A stretch of DNA of 32,000 nt from positions 1 to 32,000 of the forward strand of contig JBAZRV010000001.1 in the NCBI GenBank assembly GCA_041662745.1, in the 5' to 3' direction. The DNA comes from Patescibacteria group bacterium (GTDB lineage: Bacteria; Patescibacteriota; Patescibacteriia; 2-01-FULL-39-33). A program made the translations under genes and the position numbers. Below, in pieces: positions 1-8,658 of the stretch. Position 1 is the stretch's first letter, and every line of letters begins with the position of its first letter. Below the pieces are notes generated by a model. That model saw nothing but the letters and a program-made list of their open reading frames with translations. It had not been told where the DNA came from and searched no databases.

Positions 1-3000
1 TCCAGTCGGACGGGACCGCTGGCATTAAACGGACTCAAACGAATACCCTCGGCGGCAAGCGAATCATACTGCTCGGCCGACGCGCTGACAGTTTCTTGCC
101 ACGATAAACTATTATGGCTATAACTGAATATGTCTAATTGCCATCGGCTAAAATCAACATCGGTGCAAGCGCTGATATTGGTGGACAAAACATCATTAGC
201 GGCATTTGCTCCGCTACATCTTTGCACCTTAATGCGCGACTTGTCCAAGGTGGTATTTACCATGTTACGGCTAAATAAAGCCAACAATGAGGCATTGGTG
301 CAAGCCGGGGTGGTAGTGCCCCTAAACGGCGAGGGGCTTTGTAATTTTTCGGCCAAACCATTGTCGCCTACGCTACAAACAGGGTTTTCTATAACAATCG
401 GATCGGTAAAATTGTTATGGCCGGGACAAGATCCCTGATTGCCGGTAGTTAATTCTACGCTGGCAATACGGAAATAACCCTTATCAGAGGGGGCAAACAA
501 AGCGTCTTGATAGGTCCGCCAATCGGTCTCCTTTTGCGCCGTAGAAGTTGCTTTTGACCTGACAAAATCATTAACAATGGAATAATTGGCCGTTCCCTGG
601 CTCCAAACACCGCTGGCTTGTTCCTCTTCGCGCCAACTCCAATTATAAGTGTCGGCATTAAGAATGATACAAACATTGTCTTCGCTGACAACATCGGATT
701 TGTGTGGCTGTTTCTGACCGTAATATCGGCTGATAAACTTTTGCGGCGAGCAATGCACGCAACCGACGCGACAATATTTGTCATTATCGCTTTGGCTGCG
801 GGTATGGAAATTCCAACAGAAGGCGGCGTTGGGGAATTTCGCCGGATCATCGCAACCTGACGATTGCAACGCCTGCCCGTCAGCATATAGAGGGAATCCC
901 TCATAACTGATAACTCCGCTGGTAAGCACTATTTTATAATCAGCATCAGCTTCCAGGGACTGGGGCATAAATTCAAAATAATCAAACAAGTCAGGACTGC
1001 CAAAATCACGACTGGCATAAGGACTAAAAGAACCGTTAGGCACTACCGCTTGCCACTCCCCGGCGCCATCCTTTTTATAAATTTTCAAGTTCTTCCAACC
1101 CGGTGTCACTAAATCTATTCCGGTTAACGATTGCACATTCATGGGTCGATTGAATCTGGCTGAAATGGCGGCATTTAAACAAGCATCGGAATTAGTCACT
1201 CCCGGGATAACCGTCGTCCATCTGTCTGATGGCGTCGGCGAAGGCAGGTTATCCTCATCTTTGCAAGTTTGGCTACGGGAACAGTCCACTACGACATAAA
1301 ACTTCTTCGGTCCCAATTCATGAGTAGCCAAAAACGTCCAAGAATATAATGATAATGAAGCTTGTTGTCCTGTCGGATAACAAACTTGATTAGGCAGCGG
1401 CTCACAACCGCCCCAATGGCCGTTAGCTTGGCAAATACGCTGCTGTTGGCAGTTACCCAAGGCCGGACAACTCTTTAAATCAACTTGGTTGGGCGTACAT
1501 AATTGGGCCTTTGGTACGCAAGTGCAAGCATCGTGAGCAAGCGAAATCTCATTGATCACTAAATGATCAGTGGAAGACGATTTTCCAACCGCGTTCTGTT
1601 GGCCCACCGAGGAATTAGAAAAATAAATAAAGTCATTAGCCGAACCGGTGTCTAAACCATCAATTTTTCTTCCCCAAGAACCAGGTGAAAAAGCCACCGT
1701 CGAAGAACTGTAAGCAACCACATCGGCAATTTCATCGCTTACCCCCCTAACGAAAGCAATGGTGCCTTGATTTTTGCTAAGCTTAAAATTATTGCTGGGG
1801 TTGAGTGTTGAAGTGCTAATAATAAAATAATCACCGGCCTTCAAAGTAACGCTTTCCGGTATGTAGTAGGTTACGGCACTGTTATCATTCAATAAATCAT
1901 TAATACTCTCCTGTTTGCCGGAATAAATAATACGCCAATTGTCTAAGTTAATATCGGAAATTGTGGGATTATAAATTTCCACCCATTCCTCGTCTGACCT
2001 TACGGTATCGCAACCCAAATCACTGCCGCAATTTTGCGGGTCACAAGTGCCATCATGCCATAAATCAGACAAGCAGCGACGGCCGGATTGCGGAGCAAGC
2101 GAAGCCAAGAATGACCAAGAATACAACCCCAACGAGGCCGGAGTAACACCCAAATAAGAAACGCAATTGGGATCATCTTTAACGCAAGCTCCCCAAGTAT
2201 TATCTACTCGGCAAGTTTTCTTGCCCAGACAACCGCCCAAATCGCAACCGGTAACGGCATTCTGTGTCGGATCGGAGCTATAAACACATTCCTGGTCGAT
2301 TGGTTTTTGGCAAGTACAGTTTTTATCCATATCGCAATCGGAGCGATAAAACCATTTACCGACATCTTCTGTTTTATTACTGCACCCCTGGCAAGCCAGA
2401 TTATTTTTACAATCGTTACTTGAGGCCAAGCAAACCGCAGGATCGTTGCTGACACTTGCACCGCACGGATCACCTTCTGATCCATTACCGATATTAAATA
2501 AAATCGAATTGCTATAACCATTATTATAAACTCTGACCGCTGATTTTCCGCGTTTATTCTCCGGCACCACATCTTTGGCTGAAGTGTTAGTCCAGGAGGT
2601 GGCGGCAGTGGAAGTTATACCGACTAAATTACTAAAATTGGTACCGGTATCCCTTAAATACCAAATCACTTTTCCCGTGCCATCAGCAGCAAAACCGCGA
2701 CCCGTCAAATCGACGGATGTCGGGAAAAGCCCGCTGGTCGGATCAATTGAGCACAGACCTGGCAATTCAATATTATTAGCCAAGAACGGCCGAGAATTAC
2801 TGGTTAGGGGTATTAACGGCTTGGTTTTGTTGACAACTTCAATGTCATAATTGGCCGGCAAATCATTAATTGAATCCAACCCTGCCGGCACTTCAACTAT
2901 AATTTTGTTATCCTGCCACGCCGTGGCGCAATCAGCCAACTTAGCTAAAGTAATAACACCATCGCTTTTAGCGATAAACCTGACTTCGCCTACGACTTGG

Positions 3001-4229
3001 CCGAAACCGCTGCCATAAATAGTCAAATAATTGCCGACAGCGCCATAACCGACATCATCAGCCAAAGAATTAATATCATTCAAATCACTATCATTGTTAA
3101 GATCAAAAGACGGATCAAGCCAGTTAATCGCCGGATCGCCGACACAATAACAATTAGTACCGCAATAATTAGTGCAGTTAGAATCAGCGCAGGTTAGATC
3201 GTCAGGACGGGTGCAAGAAAAACCTGGGCAGTTCTGGGTACAACCGCCACCGCAATCAACGCCCTGCTCGTCTGCATCCTTAAAGCCATTAAAACAATGG
3301 GCGGGAGAAAATTTAACTTGCACCTTATTAGAATAATAAGATTTATCATTAGCAAAAGACCTTAAAGTGGTGGAAGTTAGGTTTTGATATTCAGTTGAAG
3401 AAGTATCCCAAGGAAAGGTGGTGGAGGCAGCATTGTATTGCCGGCCATTTATGATAACCGTTTGCGAATTAACATCAGTTGCGCCAACCTGAACTTCAGT
3501 TGAGCCATTCAAATCAAATAAAGATAAATCATTAACCGTATCTTCAGAATTATAAGAATATACCTTTACTTGCAGGGTGGGGCTTTGGGGAATTTGCACG
3601 CTACCGGAAAAACCGATTGAGCATTCGCGACTGCGACGTTGCGGCAACCAATTAGGAAAGGCGGGATCGGAAAACTCACAAATTGTCGCTCTCTTTTTGG
3701 TAGCATCAAATAAACAATCAACGCCGATACAACTCGGCACACAGGTTGAATCGGTTTGGGCGCAACTGCCCCAAATTTCATCGTCACCGCAGACTTGCTC
3801 TCCACCACAACCGCCGATAGTGCAGGATCTGACATCATCAGGAGTACACGTTTGTCCTTGCGGATTAAACCAATACATTAAGAAAGTAGTAACGGCAAAA
3901 GCGGAAAAAATGATCACTAAACCAATAATGGCATTATAAATGGTTCTCTTAGCCTTATTGACCTTATCTGGATCGCCGCCGGCCGTCATCCAAGTAAAAC
4001 CACCATAAATAATCAGCAACACCACGACTACTCCGAGCAAACCGAAAAGTATTTGCAAAATCCGCCCGATAATCATGCCTAAGCTGGCAGTGCCGAAAAC
4101 TCCCGACAAGCTTTCCAGTGTCGGAGCAGCCGGCGCCTGCGCCAAAACAAAATTACCAACAGCAAAAACCGCTGCCCAAACAAGCAGAGACAAAAATATT
4201 TTTAATTTTACTTTACGTTTTGAAGGCAT
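1..4229 (-). CDS. Giant secreted/cell-surface protein, 3' end beyond the window. It has a signal peptide, a T4SS-pilin-like (TrbC/VirB2-type) two-helix membrane module, Cys-rich repeats, IPT/TIG-like segments and a lamin-tail (LTD)-like domain
   Basis: Absent from the ORF track, which has no minus ORF in this frame, as expected for one uninterrupted frame with no stop in the window. My translation from ATG at 4229 gives MPSKRKVKLKIFLSLLVWAAVFAVGNFVLAQA...IIGRILQILFGLLGVVVVLLIIYGGFTWMTAGGDPDKVNKAKRTIYNAIIGLVIIFSAFAVTTFLM. Spot translations at 3869, 3059, 2300, 1988 and 1499 are all in the same frame with no stops. They include GNYLTIYGSGFGQVVGEVRF (IPT-like) and EEWVEIYNPTISDINLDNWRIIY...LKAGDYFIIS (LTD-like). 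Confidence 0.8.
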   Translation of the reverse strand, partial: MPSKRKVKLKIFLSLLVWAAVFAVGNFVLAQAPAAPTLESLSGVFGTASLGMIIGRILQILFGLLGVVVVLLIIYGGFTWMTAGGDPDKVNKAKRTIYNAIIGLVIIFSAFAVTTFLMYWFNPQGQTCTPDDVRSCTIGGCGGEQVCGDDEIWGSCAQTDSTCVPSCIGVDCLFDATKKRATICEFSDPAFPNWLPQRRSRECSIGFSGSVQIPQSPTLQVKVYSYNSEDTVNDLSLFDLNGSTEVQVGATDVNSQTVIINGRQYNAASTTFPWDTSSTEYQNLTSTTLRSFANDKSYYSNKVQVKFSPAHCFNGFKDADEQGVDCGGGCTQNCPGFSCTRPDDLTCADSNCTNYCGTNCYCVGDPAINWLDPSFDLNNDSDLNDINSLADDVGYGAVGNYLTIYGSGFGQVVGEVRFIAKSDGVITLAKLADCATAWQDNKIIVEVPAGLDSINDLPANYDIEVVNKTKPLIPLTSNSRPFLANNIELPGLCSIDPTSGLFPTSVDLTGRGFAADGTGKVIWYLRDTGTNFSNLVGITSTAATSWTNTSAKDVVPENKRGKSAVRVYNNGYSNSILFNIGNGSEGDPCGASVSNDPAVCLASSNDCKNNLACQGCSNKTEDVGKWFYRSDCDMDKNCTCQKPIDQECVYSSDPTQNAVTGCDLGGCLGKKTCRVDNTWGACVKDDPNCVSYLGVTPASLGLYSWSFLASLAPQSGRRCLSDLWHDGTCDPQNCGSDLGCDTVRSDEEWVEIYNPTISDINLDNWRIIYSGKQESINDLLNDNSAVTYYIPESVTLKAGDYFIISTSTLNPSNNFKLSKNQGTIAFVRGVSDEIADVVAYSSSTVAFSPGSWGRKIDGLDTGSANDFIYFSNSSVGQQNAVGKSSSTDHLVINEISLAHDACTCVPKAQLCTPNQVDLKSCPALGNCQQQRICQANGHWGGCEPLPNQVCYPTGQQASLSLYSWTFLATHELGPKKFYVVVDCSRSQTCKDEDNLPSPTPSDRWTTVIPGVTNSDACLNAAISARFNRPMNVQSLTGIDLVTPGWKNLKIYKKDGAGEWQAVVPNGSFSPYASRDFGSPDLFDYFEFMPQSLEADADYKIVLTSGVISYEGFPLYADGQALQSSGCDDPAKFPNAAFCWNFHTRSQSDNDKYCRVGCVHCSPQKFISRYYGQKQPHKSDVVSEDNVCIILNADTYNWSWREEEQASGVWSQGTANYSIVNDFVRSKATSTAQKETDWRTYQDALFAPSDKGYFRIASVELTTGNQGSCPGHNNFTDPIVIENPVCSVGDNGLAEKLQSPSPFRGTTTPACTNASLLALFSRNMVNTTLDKSRIKVQRCSGANAANDVLSTNISACTDVDFSRWQLDIFSYSHNSLSWQETVSASAEQYDSLAAEGIRLSPFNASGPVRL
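3876..4070 (-). repeat. Conserved pilin-like membrane module, copy 1 (paralogous to 7130-7327)
   Basis: About 65 aa are nearly identical to the upstream gene (YGGF[T/I]WMTAGGDPDKVNKAK..IYNAIIGL.IIF.AFA.TT). The DNA similarity is obvious by eye, for example ccgccggccgtcatccaa in both copies. Confidence 0.85.
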
Positions 4230-4249
4230 GATCGCCTATTAACTTAATT

Positions 4250-7200
4250 TTAATTACAGCCGGCGCCGTCGCAACACTTGCCCAAACAGCACTTAGTAAC
4301 TCCGCTGGCGTCAGCTATGGGGAAATCCTTAGTTATTACCCAACTGCCATATTTAAATTGAGTCGTATCAATGGAAGTGGCAATCGGTTCCATGCAAGTC
4401 TTGGTACAATTCGGTCTAGCGCCGACGATATCCTTACAATTCATATAGCCGAAGGAAACGGGATTAACCTTATTAACCGGAGAGGGCGTAATTAAACCCA
4501 AATCAGTAACGCAACCAGCGGTATTATATTCATCATTGATTTTATAACGGCATTTATTGAATTCAATATTAGCCTGATAGCCCCAACCTGATGGCAACGT
4601 TGCTGGATCAGCTGCCGCGTTCTGCGGACCGGCGCCCGGCAAGTAACAATTCTGCGTAATTGATTCTAAACCTGAACCGGCACCGGGCGCATAAGTTACC
4701 GCCTGATCGTAAGGATTATGATTAAGTAGGGCCGCGCTATAATCAATCAGGCCGTCACCCGAACCCTGACCGTAAACATCGCCTTCATCTAAATTTTTTA
4801 CGCTGGCCCAATAACCGACGGGATTAGCGTTTTGCGTCACTGTATTTAACATTAGGAAGCGGATATAAAAATCCCTGTCCGCCAAGCCCTCGCCATAACC
4901 GAATCCCGGCTTTAAGGTTACGGGATTCATTAAACGATCGAAAGAAAAAACAATGGGATCGCCAAAAGTTTCATTAATATCCTGCCCCCAACGTTGATCA
5001 CCCTTCGGCTGAATAGAAAATAACAATGGCGCCTTGTCGTCAATAACTGTTGAAACGAAAAATGACCAGGAAAAATCATCACCTTGAGCCGAATTAGTAT
5101 TATAAGTCGGTTTTTCAATGCCATTATCAATGGTAAAAGTATCGTTTACCAGGTAGGGATTAGCCAAGCCGGAGTAACCATAAAGCGTACCGGTGACGAC
5201 TCGCCCCGTATGGCCTTCGGCTATGCCCACTATTTTACCCTTATCATCGGTTGCGCTGGTATAGTTGCCATTTAAGGAGTTACCGGCCATATCCATGATA
5301 CCGACAGTGCTTTCTAAGGCAGCCTTCGGATAATAAACGCCATTCTTCTGACAGCGATCATAAGCGTCGCCGTCACATTGGCCGCCCCAACGCTTGCACC
5401 AGCTATTATCACTATCATCTATACCCCCACCTTTGCACGATTGCAAAACAGCCGCAGAAATTACCACCCTGAACGGCTCTGACTTAGCAGCCGCTCCAGT
5501 CGAAGGGTCAATCCAGCAATATCTTTCTTTGCCGCAAGCATTTTTGCCGCAAGCGTAAATACCGGTCATCTGTACTGTTTTGTATTGATTGGAAATTTCA
5601 TATTTTATCCTATCTGCCGCGATATCGGTCCAAACATCACCGATCTTATTTTGAACCTTAATGGTATTAGACAGACTCAGCGGGTTAACCGCTTTGTTAA
5701 AAGTAACGAAAAAAACGGAATTATTATAAGGATCCGGCGCCGCTCCTTGCGGAGTCTTAAGTTGAGCCTTATCTTTTCCGGATAAATCGCCAACAACCGT
5801 CATGGTGTTATCAATCGCCGATTTATCAATGCTCAAAGTATTAGCTCCCGCTCCCTTGGGTTCAATAATCAAATATCTAAACAAACCGATTGATGCGATA
5901 GAGACATTCACCGAATTCCTGGCTTCGGAGCTGATAATAGCACTACGCAAATTTTCCAACGTGTCGCTAACATTGGCCGACTTGATTACGGCGATGTAAT
6001 TGACAGTTACCGGCTGACCGTCAGCTCCGACTTGGGTTTTAGCGATATTGGCATCGTTAATATAAGCATCGGAAGCAAAAATAAAATTAATTTTACTGGT
6101 GCTGTTATTAATAGTATAAGTATCGCCGGTAACGGCTGTTTCGGCAGTGAACCTCCATTGGCTGCCCCGAGGGAACGTGCCACCCTCAGCGGCGATAGTT
6201 AAACCATTGCCCAAATCAAAACTTACGCCGTTTACTATAGTAAAAGGTTTACCGCTGAGCGGAGCCGGGGAATCGGCAGAAAATACAGCCGTTCTGCCGT
6301 CGCTGGAAACAGTAAAATTAGCAGTGCCCGCGCCGAGCTCAAAACCGCTTTGCGCGCTGACATAAGCCTTAAAGCCGGCAGGAATATTACCGCCGGAATT
6401 AATCAATTCCTTTCTCAGCGGCCGGCCCAAAAAATACTCGCCCTGCAGTTTGATTGGTTTCTCCGCCTTCAGATCAACCAAAGATTGAATCGTAGTGGTT
6501 GACCGTCCTAACGTAGACTGGGAAGATGCTGAATATAAATCAGGAAGGGTATCGGGGTAGGGATAAACCTCATACTTTACGATCTGCGGCGGATCCAAGT
6601 CCATTTTGCCGTTGGTTTTGAAGGACCAAGCAAAATAATCCATTTTCCATAACTTAAAGATTGATTCGCCGGTGGAAGAGGCAATGATGCCGTTCTTTAA
6701 AGTTACCATGAACTCTCGATTGGCGTTATCCTCTTTGCCTAAAAATGATTTAGTCATGAAAACAAAGGTTTTGGCATTGCCCGGAGTTTGAGTAACGGTT
6801 GTATTGGCACCAGCAAAAACCTGAGCAGTGAAATCGCCTGTTCCTAAGCATTTACGCGGAGTGGAGGCCGTATCAGCTTCACAAATTTCAATATTATTGC
6901 TAGCGCTATTAGAACAATAACCCTCGGCATTGGGGACGCAAATACTATCCGATTTAATATTTGATTTAAAAGTTACGACAATTCTGGTGTCAATTGACAC
7001 ATCCGCCTGATTAGGCGCAGGATAAACGCTTTCAATCGGCCCATTGCCGATGCCGCCTCGCCCCCAATCATCCGGTCCGCCCGGTATGCCTCCGCCTCCG
7101 CCCGCGCCGCCGCCTCTTGGACCGAACAATCCCATCAGCCAAGTAGTAATGGCAAAGGCCGCGAAAATGATTATTAAACCGATAATAGCGTTATAAATGA

Positions 7201-7567
7201 TTTTTTTGGCTTTATTGACTTTGTCCGGATCTCCGCCGGCCGTCATCCAAATAAAACCGCCATAAATAATAAGTAATAGTACGATTACGCCCAATAAACC
7301 AAAAATAACCTGCAAAACCCGGCCAATATAAGTAGTAAGCGAGGTTTCGGTAGCGATTCCGGCAGCTTGTCCGACAGCCTGCAAATTAGCGTCTTGCGCT
7401 AAGACCGAGCTGGCGAAAAGAAAACCGAAAAAAGAAATAAAAAACACCAAAATAAGCGCCAACGCTCGTTTGGTGTTTCCAGTCACGATCAAAAACGACT
7501 TTAAATTCCCGCCCCGGGCGGAATTTGATCGCGAGAACTTTTGCATAGGGACAAAAGCTTTTGACAT
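4250..7567 (-). CDS. Giant (1105 aa) secreted/cell-surface protein with an N-terminal T4SS-pilin-like membrane module, a Gly-rich linker, bacterial Ig-like (SbsA/Big_5-type) segments and a Cys-rich C-terminus
   Basis: ORF track. Signal peptide ALALILVFFISFFGFLFASSVLAQDA, then two TM helices flanking TAGGDPDKVNKAK, then GGGAGGGGGIPGG. Ig-like motifs are VYPAPNQADVSIDTRIVVTFKSNI, VFFVTFNKAVNPLSL and IVFSFDRLMNPVTL. The protein ends KCCLGKCCDGAGCN. It lies 20 nt upstream of the paralog at 4229. Confidence 0.85.
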   Translation of the reverse strand: MSKAFVPMQKFSRSNSARGGNLKSFLIVTGNTKRALALILVFFISFFGFLFASSVLAQDANLQAVGQAAGIATETSLTTYIGRVLQVIFGLLGVIVLLLIIYGGFIWMTAGGDPDKVNKAKKIIYNAIIGLIIIFAAFAITTWLMGLFGPRGGGAGGGGGIPGGPDDWGRGGIGNGPIESVYPAPNQADVSIDTRIVVTFKSNIKSDSICVPNAEGYCSNSASNNIEICEADTASTPRKCLGTGDFTAQVFAGANTTVTQTPGNAKTFVFMTKSFLGKEDNANREFMVTLKNGIIASSTGESIFKLWKMDYFAWSFKTNGKMDLDPPQIVKYEVYPYPDTLPDLYSASSQSTLGRSTTTIQSLVDLKAEKPIKLQGEYFLGRPLRKELINSGGNIPAGFKAYVSAQSGFELGAGTANFTVSSDGRTAVFSADSPAPLSGKPFTIVNGVSFDLGNGLTIAAEGGTFPRGSQWRFTAETAVTGDTYTINNSTSKINFIFASDAYINDANIAKTQVGADGQPVTVNYIAVIKSANVSDTLENLRSAIISSEARNSVNVSIASIGLFRYLIIEPKGAGANTLSIDKSAIDNTMTVVGDLSGKDKAQLKTPQGAAPDPYNNSVFFVTFNKAVNPLSLSNTIKVQNKIGDVWTDIAADRIKYEISNQYKTVQMTGIYACGKNACGKERYCWIDPSTGAAAKSEPFRVVISAAVLQSCKGGGIDDSDNSWCKRWGGQCDGDAYDRCQKNGVYYPKAALESTVGIMDMAGNSLNGNYTSATDDKGKIVGIAEGHTGRVVTGTLYGYSGLANPYLVNDTFTIDNGIEKPTYNTNSAQGDDFSWSFFVSTVIDDKAPLLFSIQPKGDQRWGQDINETFGDPIVFSFDRLMNPVTLKPGFGYGEGLADRDFYIRFLMLNTVTQNANPVGYWASVKNLDEGDVYGQGSGDGLIDYSAALLNHNPYDQAVTYAPGAGSGLESITQNCYLPGAGPQNAAADPATLPSGWGYQANIEFNKCRYKINDEYNTAGCVTDLGLITPSPVNKVNPVSFGYMNCKDIVGARPNCTKTCMEPIATSIDTTQFKYGSWVITKDFPIADASGVTKCCLGKCCDGAGCN
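7130..7327 (-). repeat. Conserved pilin-like membrane module, copy 2 (paralogous to 3876-4070)
   Basis: Same motif block as copy 1. The rest of the two proteins is divergent. Confidence 0.85.
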
Positions 7568-7704
7568 AATTGCTATTTATACTCGGACTAAGTCCGATTA
7601 TTTATCACCTTCCAAATGATTAATCCTATAAAATGAAAAACCCGTTAAAATACAAAATAAAATCTAACGATTGCCTTACTTTTGATTTTAATAATCCGGT
7701 TTGA

Positions 7705-8160
7705 CTATTTGCTTATTTCTTCCTTAACAATCTTACTCACCATAGTGCCGTCGGCGGCGCCCTTAGCGGCGGCCATGACCAATCCCATAATCTTGCCAAA
7801 ACCGGCCATACCCAAGTTACCCTGCTCAGCCATAATCTTAACCACCAGTTCCCTAACCTGTTCTTCGGTCATTTGTTCCGGTAAAAACTTAGAGATTAAA
7901 TCAATTTCCGCCTGTTCTTTAGCTGCCAGCTCTTCACGGTTGGCCTGCCTATAAGAAGCAATGGAATCCTGGCGTTTCTTCACTTCTGACTTTAAAACCG
8001 CCAAAACATCTTCATCGGAAAGCAACTCTTCCTTAGGCATCAGTTTTTCTATCTTTTTATTGGCGATAGCGGACTTAAGCAAACGCAAGGTGGAAACAGC
8101 GGCTTCGTCTTTGGCCTTGTAGGCAATCATGAACGCTTCGCTAATTTGTTGATCTAACAT
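7705..8160 (-). CDS. yqeY: GatB/YqeY domain-containing protein
   Basis: 151 aa, with AYKAKDEAAVSTLRLLKSAIANKKIE...LKSEVKKRQDSIASY...AEIDLISKFLPEQMTEEQV, typical of the YqeY family. Confidence 0.85.
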   Translation of the reverse strand: MLDQQISEAFMIAYKAKDEAAVSTLRLLKSAIANKKIEKLMPKEELLSDEDVLAVLKSEVKKRQDSIASYRQANREELAAKEQAEIDLISKFLPEQMTEEQVRELVVKIMAEQGNLGMAGFGKIMGLVMAAAKGAADGTMVSKIVKEEISK

Positions 8161-8311
8161 ATATTAGTCCTTAGATCTATAAAGTTTAAAACCTATAAAT
8201 TTAAAAATTATCGGTTTGGGACTTTACTGATTTTAACTTATAAATAAGTTCCTTCACGCTCCTTCCAACCTGAATTAAACAGATTGGAAAGCAGCCTAAA
8301 GGCCTTATAAA

Positions 8312-8557
8312 TTATCTCTTATATCCGCCACGAGTCGGTTCTTCCACTAATTTGCCTATTTTTTTCAAATATTCGCGTTTGACGGTAATTTCTTCTCGGC
8401 GGGCAGCGGCTGATCTGACGGCGGTTTTGTTCTTTTTCGGCTTATGGAAACGAATTTTCTTAGCTTGCAAAATTCGGCCGCTCTGCTGAACTTTTTTGGA
8501 AAACCTGCGCACTAACGCCTCAAAGCTCTCACCTTTCTTTCTTTTTACTTCTGCCAC
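8312..8557 (-). CDS. rpsU: 30S ribosomal protein S21
   Basis: 81-aa basic protein, VKRKKGESFEALVRRFSKKVQQSGRILQAKKIRFHKPKKNK. GTG start with SD AGAGAGGTGA upstream. Confidence 0.9.
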   Translation of the reverse strand: MAEVKRKKGESFEALVRRFSKKVQQSGRILQAKKIRFHKPKKNKTAVRSAAARREEITVKREYLKKIGKLVEEPTRGGYKR

Positions 8558-8658
8558 AATTGTTCACCTCTCTTTCTTTTGATTAATTATTATATAAAAG
8601 TTGAAAGCTCAAAATGAAAATCTTCATTCGCGCTTTTCAATTTTTGATTTATCATGCT

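Noticed and set aside
130-3939. Ten track ORFs of 61-149 aa on both strands inside 1-4229 (130-438, 455-904, 618-860, 1961-2146, 2204-2572, 2264-2452, 2575-2850, 2997-3197, 3566-3838, 3577-3939)
   Set aside because: All lie inside, antisense to, or out of frame with one uninterrupted minus-strand frame that starts at 4229 and has clear domain content. Their sequences are low-complexity and not protein-like.
3876-7327. Diversity-generating retroelement (template/variable repeat) as the explanation for the repeated ~200-nt block in the giant genes
   Set aside because: There is no reverse transcriptase or Avd-like gene in the window. The repeat encodes the conserved N-terminal anchor and not a C-terminal variable region. 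The differences are not adenine-specific.
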